NCBI GenBank assembly: GCA_016207025.1
Contig: JACQQM010000014.1
Span: 2,815-66,814 of the forward strand
Source: Nitrospirota bacterium
GTDB lineage: Bacteria; Nitrospirota; Nitrospiria; Nitrospirales; Nitrospiraceae
DNA: 64,000 bases
Reading direction: 5' to 3'
The position numbers and the translations under genes are program-made. The notes beneath the pieces were generated by a model. That model saw nothing but the letters and a program-made list of their open reading frames with translations. It was not told where the DNA came from and did no database searches. Positions 20,998 through 29,157 of this stretch are shown here, piece after piece (the first letter of the stretch is position 1; each line of letters opens with the position of its first letter).

Positions 20998-23550
20998 ATG
21001 CTCCTTCCTCTCGCGATTGCCTTTCTTGCCGGCTTGGTCCTCGGCTCCTACCTTCCCTATCTTCCTTCTGTTGCTCTCTTGATCCTCGCGCTGACCGCCG
21101 CTGTCCTCACTCGCCTTGAATATCTAGGGCGGATGACGGTGCGCCAGAGCACCGTCGTCTACGGCGCCCTCTCGGCCGGCCTGATTTACTGGACAGTATT
21201 TAGCTGGGCGACGTCGGGTTCGAACCTCATGGACCGGGCTGGCAGCAATCCGATCAAGTGTATGGGCGTCATCGTGGAGCCTGTGCAGCGCGCTCCGGGG
21301 CGTACGGTCATGGCGCTGTCGATGGTCCAACTCGGCGAAGGGCATGCGGCCGTTCCGGTTCGGGGCAAACTCCGCCTGACCTGGCGAGAGCCGGATCGAA
21401 CGTTCAGACAAGGCGATCAAGTTGCGTTTCTCGCTCGGGTGCGTGCTCCGTCCGGAACCATGAACCCCGGGGGATTCGATTTCGGGGCCTATCTGAACCG
21501 GCACGGGATTGACGCGGTTGCATCTGTATCCGGTCCGGGTCAGGTCACCTTGCTCAGCTCGGCCACGCTACCGTCGCGGTGGGTATTCTGGGGAGCGATT
21601 GACGAGTGGCGTGCGCGCATCCACCAGGCTGCCGTGTCGACACTGGACGGTCCGGCGCTTGGCATCTACTTGGGCATCATCCTGGGAGAGCCAGGGTATC
21701 TTGCCCCTGAGGTCCGGGACGCCTTCATGACGACCGGCACCATTCACATCCTTTCGATCTCGGGGTCACACCTGGGTTTGATCGCGTTGCTCTCGTTCTT
21801 CCTCGTCAAGTGGACCTGCCTCCATCTGCCAGCAACCTGGTTGCAAACACTCTCACGCAGGACGACGCCCACGCGGCTCGCGGCTCTCATCACGATCGCC
21901 CCGGTCACGTTTTACGCCCTGCTTGCAGGAGCCGAAGTCGCAACGGTCCGGTCTCTGGTCATGATTTATTTCTTCCTGCTGGCAGTCTGGTTGGGACGGG
22001 AGGGAAAGCTGGTGCTCAGCTTAGCTGGCGCTGCGCTTGTCATTCTGGTTCATGATCCGCGTGCCCTGTATGATATCTCGTTTCAACTTTCCTACCTCTC
22101 TGTGCTCGCAATCGCGCTCGTGGCTCACTGGCGGAGTCACAGTGATCCGGATGGCTCCCTCGTCCCGAACTCAGGCACCCGACGATTCCTGCCTTGGATA
22201 CGCGACTACATCTGGATCTCGGTCGGAATCACGCTCACCACGCTTCCGCTCGTCGCCTATCACTTCAATCAGATGGCTTGGTTGGGACTCGGCGCGAACC
22301 CGATCGTCGTTCCGCTTGCGGGATTCGCGGTCGTACCGGTCGGGCTGGGATCGGCCATCTGGCTGCTGCTGACCGGAGGCGACACGCTACCGGCCGGCCC
22401 GGTCAACCAGTTCCTGCTCGATCTCATGGCCGGCGCGGTGAGACAGATGGCTCGTTTCCCGGGGGCCGAGTGGCATGTGGCCTCGCCCGCGATCCCCGCC
22501 ATCGCAGGCTTCTACGGCATGCTCTACGCCGCCAGCCGTCTCACCGGGAGCGCGCGAGTACGGTGGGGATGCACGTTCGGTACGCTGGCGGTGATCGGCT
22601 GGTGGGCATGGTCACCGCGCGGGCTAGATAACGAGACCCTGCGAGTGACCTTTCTCGATGTGGGGCAGGGCGACGCCTGCGTGGTCGAGCTGCCCGACGG
22701 CCAGACGATCTTGCTCGATGCAGGCGCGTCCTATGACACGCTGGATATGGGCCGCGTCGTGGTCGGACCGTACCTCTGGGATCGGGGCATCAGGCGCCTC
22801 GATCATGTCATAGGGACACATCCGCAGCTTGACCATGTCGGTGGCCTGCCGTGGATTCTTCGCACGTTTGAAATCGGCCGCTACTGGGGTAATGGAATTG
22901 AGCGGGACGAGGAGTTTTTTCGCCGGATCCGCAATGCGGTGCATGAGCGGAATATGACGGAATCCCGGGCGGAAGAGGGGCAGCTGATCATCTCGTCAGG
23001 CCCATGCCGACTGCACGTGCTGAATCCGCTCGCCATGAAACCTCTTTCCGGGGGCCCTGTCGCAAACCTGAACGCCAAGAGCGGAACAGCGTTGAATAAT
23101 CTCTCGGTGGTCACAAAGTTGGATTGCGGACCGCACTCGTTTCTGTTCACCGCCGACATTGAAACCGCAACCTTATCGCGCCTGAGCGACGCCAAACACC
23201 CTATTGAGGCTCATGTGTTGAAGGTGCCGCATCACGGGGCACGGAGCTCTCTCGATATTGGTTGGATTGGGCGGGTGCACCCAGACGTGGCCGTCATTTC
23301 TGTAGGACGCCATAACTCATACGGCCACCCGTCAGCGGCGGTCTTGAATGCGTATCAAAAAGACGGGGTGAAGCTCTTCCGAACAGACCGGCACGGAGCC
23401 GTCTGGGTGACGGCCAAGGTATCTTCGCCGCATCTCGAGATCCATGTGGCGCGGGAAGATCTGCCCCGGCCTGTCCACGTCGGTCCCTCCTTGGTCACAG
23501 CCGAACGCCAAAATCTGGCCAAACTGTGGAGCCAGTGGATGGGTCCCTAA
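20998..23550 (+). CDS. comEC: DNA internalisation-related competence protein ComEC/Rec2
   Basis: 850 aa with a polytopic competence domain and a C-terminal metallo-beta-lactamase domain (FLDVGQGDACVVELPDGQTILLDAG, GTHPQLDHVGG, LKVPHHG). Confidence 0.9.
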   Translation: MLLPLAIAFLAGLVLGSYLPYLPSVALLILALTAAVLTRLEYLGRMTVRQSTVVYGALSAGLIYWTVFSWATSGSNLMDRAGSNPIKCMGVIVEPVQRAPGRTVMALSMVQLGEGHAAVPVRGKLRLTWREPDRTFRQGDQVAFLARVRAPSGTMNPGGFDFGAYLNRHGIDAVASVSGPGQVTLLSSATLPSRWVFWGAIDEWRARIHQAAVSTLDGPALGIYLGIILGEPGYLAPEVRDAFMTTGTIHILSISGSHLGLIALLSFFLVKWTCLHLPATWLQTLSRRTTPTRLAALITIAPVTFYALLAGAEVATVRSLVMIYFFLLAVWLGREGKLVLSLAGAALVILVHDPRALYDISFQLSYLSVLAIALVAHWRSHSDPDGSLVPNSGTRRFLPWIRDYIWISVGITLTTLPLVAYHFNQMAWLGLGANPIVVPLAGFAVVPVGLGSAIWLLLTGGDTLPAGPVNQFLLDLMAGAVRQMARFPGAEWHVASPAIPAIAGFYGMLYAASRLTGSARVRWGCTFGTLAVIGWWAWSPRGLDNETLRVTFLDVGQGDACVVELPDGQTILLDAGASYDTLDMGRVVVGPYLWDRGIRRLDHVIGTHPQLDHVGGLPWILRTFEIGRYWGNGIERDEEFFRRIRNAVHERNMTESRAEEGQLIISSGPCRLHVLNPLAMKPLSGGPVANLNAKSGTALNNLSVVTKLDCGPHSFLFTADIETATLSRLSDAKHPIEAHVLKVPHHGARSSLDIGWIGRVHPDVAVISVGRHNSYGHPSAAVLNAYQKDGVKLFRTDRHGAVWVTAKVSSPHLEIHVAREDLPRPVHVGPSLVTAERQNLAKLWSQWMGP

Positions 23551-23572
23551 TACCTTAAAAGTTCAAAAGACA

Positions 23573-23601
23573 TTGACAAAACAATAAGTTATTTATATAT
23601 A
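23573..23601 (+). promoter_or_regulatory. Strong sigma70-type promoter candidate
   Basis: TTGACA (23573-23578), 17-nt spacer, TATATA (23596-23601), in a very AT-rich stretch. It is followed by a ~220-nt leader before GTG 23821. Confidence 0.55.
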
Positions 23602-23820
23602 CAGGCATATTCTCCATCATCCGAAGCCTCATGTTGGTCACGTTCTTGCTGGCCTTGCCATATCCCGTATCCAGGGAAGAAGGAGGTGTGTGTCTAGTTG
23701 TGGATAGTTGCTAAAAAGGAGCGGTCAGGATTGAATGCGATGCTTCTTGACTGGTGCCAGAAAAAGGATGGTCGCGCGGCAAAGACCGTCTGATACAACG
23801 TTCCTCTGCTGACGGCAAGC

Positions 23821-24648
23821 GTGCACTACGAAGACTACTGGGGGCTCAAACTGCCCCCCTTTGAAAATGTTCCCGATCCAAAATTTTATTTTCCCTCACC
23901 AAAGCACGAGGAGGGACTGGCAAGGCTGGTCTATGCCATTCAGGGGCATAAGGGAGCCGCCATGCTCACCGGCGAGATCGGATGCGGGAAAACAACGCTA
24001 TCCCGAAGGCTCCTTACCTACCTCACGCGGGGCCGATACGACACCGCTTTGATTGCCAACCCCTCGCTCGAGGCAACCGATTTCGTCAGGGAAATCTTAA
24101 ATCAGTTTGGGCTCAGCCAGAACAGCACAACAAAAGTGGAAATGTTGAACATTTTGAACGAACATCTCCTTGGCAACGGCAAGCGCGGCATCGACACCGT
24201 GATCGTCATTGATGAAGCCCAGGCCATTAAAGATGATACGGTGTTCGAAGAGTTGCGGCTCTTGTTAAATTTTCAACTGAACGAGCGCTTCCTGCTGACT
24301 TTGATCCTGGTTGGCCAGCCGGAACTGAACGAGCGGATTGCGGCGCTTCAGCAATTTTTGCAGCGAATCGCAATCCGTTACCATTTGCCGGCTTTCGATA
24401 TTCAAGAAACGACCAACTACATTGAATTTCGGCTTGAAACCGCCGGGAGCGATAAGCGCCCGATCTTTTCCGCCGAAGCGATAGCGACGGTCTTCCGGAA
24501 TTCCGGCGGTATTCCCAGGAGGATCAACACGGTATCCGACCTCTGCCTGCTGACCGGCTACCTGGAACGTAAGGCACAGATCGATGACGAGCTTGTGGAG
24601 CGCGTCGTCGCAGAATTTCACCTGGGAGATCAAAGTGGTACGGCTTAG
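23821..24648 (+). CDS. GspA/ExeA-like AAA ATPase, stand-alone paralogue (EPS-locus type)
   Basis: P-loop GEIGCGKTTLSR, DEAQ box VVIDEAQAI, and LVGQPEL. It is roughly half identical by eye to residues ~243-516 of the 19353 gene. It has a GTG start with no SD. Confidence 0.75.
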   Translation: MHYEDYWGLKLPPFENVPDPKFYFPSPKHEEGLARLVYAIQGHKGAAMLTGEIGCGKTTLSRRLLTYLTRGRYDTALIANPSLEATDFVREILNQFGLSQNSTTKVEMLNILNEHLLGNGKRGIDTVIVIDEAQAIKDDTVFEELRLLLNFQLNERFLLTLILVGQPELNERIAALQQFLQRIAIRYHLPAFDIQETTNYIEFRLETAGSDKRPIFSAEAIATVFRNSGGIPRRINTVSDLCLLTGYLERKAQIDDELVERVVAEFHLGDQSGTA

Positions 24649-25780
24649 TGACCTCATTCGGAAAGGGAAGGATTCCCTTGACGAAGAGGCCAAGGACAAG
24701 AAGCCCGCGGAGAAGCCCTCCCAGCCAGCCCCACCGCCGCTGCAGACGAAAGCCGCGCCGATCAAGCTCAGCGCGCTGACGAAATCAATGCCGCAAGAGA
24801 CCGCAGCGCCTCCGCCACCCCCGGTGCAACGCGAGGCGCCGCCGACTCCTCGTACGGCCGTACCGGAGCCAGCGCCGCCGGCGCCTCCTGCCCCGATGCC
24901 GGCGGTCGTTGACTGGTACGCCGTGGCGGAGACATCGCTCCAAGCCCTCTCCACGGCCATCCGCAACCAGCAGACCGTTTCCATCGCCGACCTTCCTGAC
25001 ATCGCCCGCGGATTTATTACATCCTTGGAAAAAGATGAGCTCTTGTTCATCCGCGCAATCTCTCCCCAGGAAAGCGGTCCCTCTCAAGTAGCCAATATGG
25101 TCCGGACCGCAATTTTCTCGCTCAAAATCGGGAAAGGCCTGGGTTACCTGCAGGAGAAACTCGAGCAATTGGTGCTGGCAGCGCTCCTCCACGACGTGGG
25201 GATGTTTCGGCTGCCGGAGGAATTGCTCAACAAAGCGGGTCGCTGGTCACCCCAGCAGAGAACATCCCTCCATCGCCATCCGACACTGGGAGCAGAGTTG
25301 CTGCGTTCCGTGGCGACCGACTTCCCGTGGCTCCCGGATATCATCGCGCAGGAACATGAACGGGCTGACGGGACCGGTTATCCGAGAGGGCTGCAAGGCC
25401 AAGACATTCATGAACTGGCACAGGTCATTGGGATCGCGGATGTCCTGGACGCCATGTTACGGTCCCGCCTGTCCCGGCAAGCCCTGCTTCCTCATGATGC
25501 GATGCGGTTGCTCCTGGCTCGAGAGAAAACGGCGTTCCCAACCAAGTTGATCAAAAGCGTGCTCGAGCAGTTCTCACTGTTTCCGGTAAGGACCCAAGTC
25601 AAACTGACGTCGGGCGAGATCGGATTCGTCGCCCGCGCCAACTCGCGGTTTCCTCTGCGGCCAGTGGTCACGATCACTGTTGATCAGGGCGGACAGCAGC
25701 TGCGCGAGCCGAGGGAGCTTGATCTCAGCCGGAATCCGCTGGTGCACATCAGCGAAATTGTCGAGACGATGCACGCGTAA
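24635..25780 (+). CDS. HD-GYP domain protein (c-di-GMP phosphodiesterase-type regulator) with Pro-rich N-terminus
   Basis: ALLHDVGM (HD) and HERADGTGYPRGL (GYP). I place the start at GTG 24635, preceded by GGGAGA (24624-24629), overlapping the ATPase stop by 14 nt. Confidence 0.8.
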   Translation: MVRLSDLIRKGKDSLDEEAKDKKPAEKPSQPAPPPLQTKAAPIKLSALTKSMPQETAAPPPPPVQREAPPTPRTAVPEPAPPAPPAPMPAVVDWYAVAETSLQALSTAIRNQQTVSIADLPDIARGFITSLEKDELLFIRAISPQESGPSQVANMVRTAIFSLKIGKGLGYLQEKLEQLVLAALLHDVGMFRLPEELLNKAGRWSPQQRTSLHRHPTLGAELLRSVATDFPWLPDIIAQEHERADGTGYPRGLQGQDIHELAQVIGIADVLDAMLRSRLSRQALLPHDAMRLLLAREKTAFPTKLIKSVLEQFSLFPVRTQVKLTSGEIGFVARANSRFPLRPVVTITVDQGGQQLREPRELDLSRNPLVHISEIVETMHA

Positions 25781-25783
25781 GTT

Positions 25784-25803
25784 CACCCCTTTGTTAAGGG
25801 GTG
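25784..25803 (+). terminator. Hairpin after the HD-GYP gene (weak terminator candidate)
   Basis: CACCCCTT-TGTT-AAGGGGTG, a perfect 8-bp stem with no U-tract. Confidence 0.3.
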
Positions 25804-25890
25804 GGGTGGTCCGGATGTGCGTCAGACTGGGCCAGGTGACGCATGCGGAGTCCCGTGGCTAAGGCAGTGAGCATCCACCAGGAGTCCCCG

Positions 25891-26967
25891 ATGCGACATT
25901 CGTGGTTGGCGATCCTGGTCCTGTCGGGATGGGTCGGTTGCGCGAGTTCCACCCCCATGCTTCCTCCCCCGACAGGCGAGAATGAACGGGCAGGCGGCCC
26001 CGCGCAAGCCGCGCTCAAGCAGGTGCCAGCCGCCGAGCCGGCAGAGCTACTTGAACCAGGCGACACGCTGGAAGTCATCGTCCGTCGCGGCGCTGGCGAG
26101 GAGAAATATACGGCCTCGATCAGTGCCAACGGGATCGTGACGGTCGCGCTCATGGACATTAACGTGAAAGGGCTCACCGAGGCCGAGGCGGAGGCCCGTA
26201 TCACCGAGCAGCTCATGTCCGTCATTCGGAACCCGCGCGTCCAGGTTCGGCTCATTCAGAAAGGCGTCACACGCGCGAAGAATTTTTACATCCTTGGTGA
26301 GGTGAAGGGACCTGGGAAATATCCGCTTGGTCGTCGGACAACCATTCTGCAAGCCATCGGGCAAGGGGGAGGGTACACGGATGTGGCGGATCTGGAGAAG
26401 ATCATCGTCATCTCCAGGCAAGTGGATCCTCCCCAGATTCGAGTCGCCAATATTCAACAAGTCTTGGTCAATGGAGAGGTGAGCGCCGACCTCCAGCTTG
26501 CCGACGACGATGTGGTGTTCGTGCCACGCAGCGGGATCGGCGATTTCAACCACTACTATACGAAGGTGGCTCAACCGATCCTGAACAGCATCCTTGGGGT
26601 GGTCAACGCGGTGTTCATCGGCAAGGCGTTGGAAGTTCTGTTCCGGACCCCGGTCAGCCCAGCGGTCGCAGTCCCCTGCTGGGTCGCGCGCGTCCTGTAT
26701 GGCGATCATGCATGGCAGACTCATCTGCTGCGGTGGTATATCGGGGGGCCTCTTGCCGAGCACTGGCAGGGTCGTGTGTTTGCGAACCTCTATGTGCGGT
26801 ATGGGCAAGAGGTGGCACAACTCCTGCGAGACCACCCGAGCCTACAAATTCTTATCAGACCGCTGTTCAACTATCTGCTTCAACAAGCCCTGCTCGAAGT
26901 TGACAGACAAATCGTGCCGAAGACTCCGGTGCAGCCGGCGCGACAGCCACTCCTAGGGACTGGATAG
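25891..26967 (+). CDS. Outer-membrane polysaccharide export lipoprotein (Wza/EpsE-like: Poly_export + SLBB) with ~130-aa C-terminal extension
   Basis: Lipobox LSGWVGC after ATG 25891 (SD AGGAG 25880-25884). PGDTLEVIV is the Poly_export motif and YILGEVKGPGKYPL...TILQAIGQGGG the SLBB. The extension begins around residue SILGVVNAVF. Confidence 0.8.
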   Translation: MRHSWLAILVLSGWVGCASSTPMLPPPTGENERAGGPAQAALKQVPAAEPAELLEPGDTLEVIVRRGAGEEKYTASISANGIVTVALMDINVKGLTEAEAEARITEQLMSVIRNPRVQVRLIQKGVTRAKNFYILGEVKGPGKYPLGRRTTILQAIGQGGGYTDVADLEKIIVISRQVDPPQIRVANIQQVLVNGEVSADLQLADDDVVFVPRSGIGDFNHYYTKVAQPILNSILGVVNAVFIGKALEVLFRTPVSPAVAVPCWVARVLYGDHAWQTHLLRWYIGGPLAEHWQGRVFANLYVRYGQEVAQLLRDHPSLQILIRPLFNYLLQQALLEVDRQIVPKTPVQPARQPLLGTG

Positions 26968-26990
26968 GGCAGAAGTCAGGAACCAGGAAC

Positions 26991-29132
26991 ATGGCGCAGT
27001 ACGATTTAAACCTCGTCGATTTTTGGCTGATTATCCGACGCCGGAAGGCTATTATCTTTTTCACCATCATCCTGGTCGGAACACTCACGGCCCTCATGCC
27101 GGCTCTGTTCGGGCCGGAGCCGATCTATAAAGCCTCGTCACGCGTCCGCTATCAACGGTCCACAACAGTCACTGGCCTGCTCCAAGAGCGGGTCTCCTTC
27201 TCGGAAGGGAGCGACATTTCCACCCAGGCCGAAGTGATCCGCAGTTTTCCGGTCATGGAACGCGTGGCGAAGTCTCTCGGACTGATGGACAACACCGTCG
27301 ACTCGAGAACCATTCGCCAAATGCCCGAATTGCTGGCGATCATCTATGACATCCAGGGGCACATTGAAGCGGCCCAGGAAGGAAGCACCAATATCATCAG
27401 GATTACGGCGACCGCCGAAGATCCCAAGCTGGTCGAGCGATACGCCACGCTCACCGGCGAAGCCTACCGTGAAGAAAATATTTACAACCTCAACCGGCAG
27501 GTCATCGAAGCCAAACAATTCGTGGAAGGACAGCTCAAGACGCTGGAGAGCAACTTGAACCAAGCCGAAGAGGCCCTGCGTGCGTTCAAGGAACGAGAGG
27601 GCCAGGTGTTCGTGACCGAGGAAGCCAAACAAGCGCTTGAGCAATACCAGAAACTGGAAGCGGAACTTGAAAAATTGCAGCGGGTGAAACTTGAGGTCGC
27701 CATCCAGTTGGAGTCGCTCAAAAAGAGCGCAGCGATGCCGGATCACGCGCACACCCGCGTGTACTCCGATGAGGTAGAAGCCCTGATCAGCACGTTGAAC
27801 AAACGGATGGTTGACCTGACTCAGGAACGAGACAACTTGCTGATCAATTACACGCCGCAACATCCGCTGGTGCGTGAACTGGACCGCAAGATCCAAAACG
27901 TCCGAGAGGAAATGATTCGGGAGCTCGAAGCCAAGATCGGGACGTTCTCGGAACGGCAACGAGCGATCCGCGAGTCGATCGAACGCTACAAGGAACGGTA
28001 CCTGAGCCTCCCACAAGCCGCGATCCAGCTTGCCAAGTTGGAACGTGAAGTCACGGTCACCAGCACGCTCTACGCCTCACTCAAAGCCAAGCACCAGGAG
28101 TTTATGATTCGGGGGGCCGAGCAGGTCGAAGAGGTCACGATCATCGAGCCGGCGATCGTCCCGACCAGGCCCACGAATGCGCCCAATCTGCCGATGAGCG
28201 CGCTCTTGGGCGTGTTGATGGGGGCCATGGTAGGGCTCGTCGCGGCCTTCCTGAAAGAATCGTTTGATACCTCCATCGGCACGATCGAAGAAGTCGAATC
28301 GTATTTAAAGGTGCCGGTTCTGGGCGTGATCCCAAGGGTGGATCGGAAAGAGGTCGAGCGGGAAATCCAGGAAGGGTTCAAGGAGAAACTGGACCGGGCG
28401 ACCATGGATTTGTACTTTCACCTCGTCTCCCTGTTCGATCCCCGCTCTCCGCTGGCGGAAGGCTACCGGTCGTTGCGCACCAATGTCCTCTTTGCCGGTG
28501 GCACGAAGGGGCTCAAGATGCTCGCTTTGGTGAGCGCCGGTGCCATGGAGGGTAAAACCACTACGGCCATCAACCTGGCGATCGCCCTCGCTGAGGACGG
28601 CAAGCGTGTGCTCTTGGTGGATTGTGACCTCAGAAAACCGACCGTGCACTCGAGGCTGGGGCTGGAACAGTCACCCGGTTTGAGCGAGGTGATCCTCGGC
28701 ACCGTCGAGCATCCCCAAGCGATCCGTACCGTGGCGGACCTGATGCTCGGGAAATTAGGCGTGGATCAGGTCATCAACACGCCGGGGATCGACAACCTCA
28801 ATGTTCTCACTGCCGGTACTCTTCCCGCCAATCCCTCGGAATTTCTCAGCTCCCCACGCCTTAGCGACCTGATCGCGGCGGTCAAAAAAGAGTATGACAT
28901 GGTCCTCTTCGATTGCCCACCGATCTTGCCGGTCACGGACGGCGTCACGGTCGGGGCGAAGATGGACGGCGTGGTGATGGTCTATCAAGTCGGTAAAGTG
29001 GGACGAAACGCACTCCGCCGGGCCAAGGCGCTCTTGGAAAACGCCCAGGCATCCCTCCTCGGAATTGTCTTGAGCAACGTCAGTGCCGAGGTGACACCCG
29101 ATTATGAGATGTATCGCTACCACTACAAATAG
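26991..29132 (+). CDS. Polysaccharide co-polymerase / BY-kinase (Wzc/GumC-like)
   Basis: N-terminal Wzz-type TM, a long coiled-coil periplasmic region and a second TM. The kinase has Walker A SAGAMEGKTTTA, A' VLLVDCDLRKP, Walker B YDMVLFDCPP, and a Tyr-rich tail PDYEMYRYHYK. Confidence 0.85.
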   Translation: MAQYDLNLVDFWLIIRRRKAIIFFTIILVGTLTALMPALFGPEPIYKASSRVRYQRSTTVTGLLQERVSFSEGSDISTQAEVIRSFPVMERVAKSLGLMDNTVDSRTIRQMPELLAIIYDIQGHIEAAQEGSTNIIRITATAEDPKLVERYATLTGEAYREENIYNLNRQVIEAKQFVEGQLKTLESNLNQAEEALRAFKEREGQVFVTEEAKQALEQYQKLEAELEKLQRVKLEVAIQLESLKKSAAMPDHAHTRVYSDEVEALISTLNKRMVDLTQERDNLLINYTPQHPLVRELDRKIQNVREEMIRELEAKIGTFSERQRAIRESIERYKERYLSLPQAAIQLAKLEREVTVTSTLYASLKAKHQEFMIRGAEQVEEVTIIEPAIVPTRPTNAPNLPMSALLGVLMGAMVGLVAAFLKESFDTSIGTIEEVESYLKVPVLGVIPRVDRKEVEREIQEGFKEKLDRATMDLYFHLVSLFDPRSPLAEGYRSLRTNVLFAGGTKGLKMLALVSAGAMEGKTTTAINLAIALAEDGKRVLLVDCDLRKPTVHSRLGLEQSPGLSEVILGTVEHPQAIRTVADLMLGKLGVDQVINTPGIDNLNVLTAGTLPANPSEFLSSPRLSDLIAAVKKEYDMVLFDCPPILPVTDGVTVGAKMDGVVMVYQVGKVGRNALRRAKALLENAQASLLGIVLSNVSAEVTPDYEMYRYHYK

Positions 29133-29157
29133 CCGGGTCCACGATAGGTAGCTGAGC

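Noticed and set aside
24265-25050. 261-aa minus-strand ORF with Gly-rich repeats
   Set aside because: It is the mirror image of the Pro-rich (CCN) N-terminus of the HD-GYP gene and the 3' end of the ATPase gene, so it is a compositional artefact.
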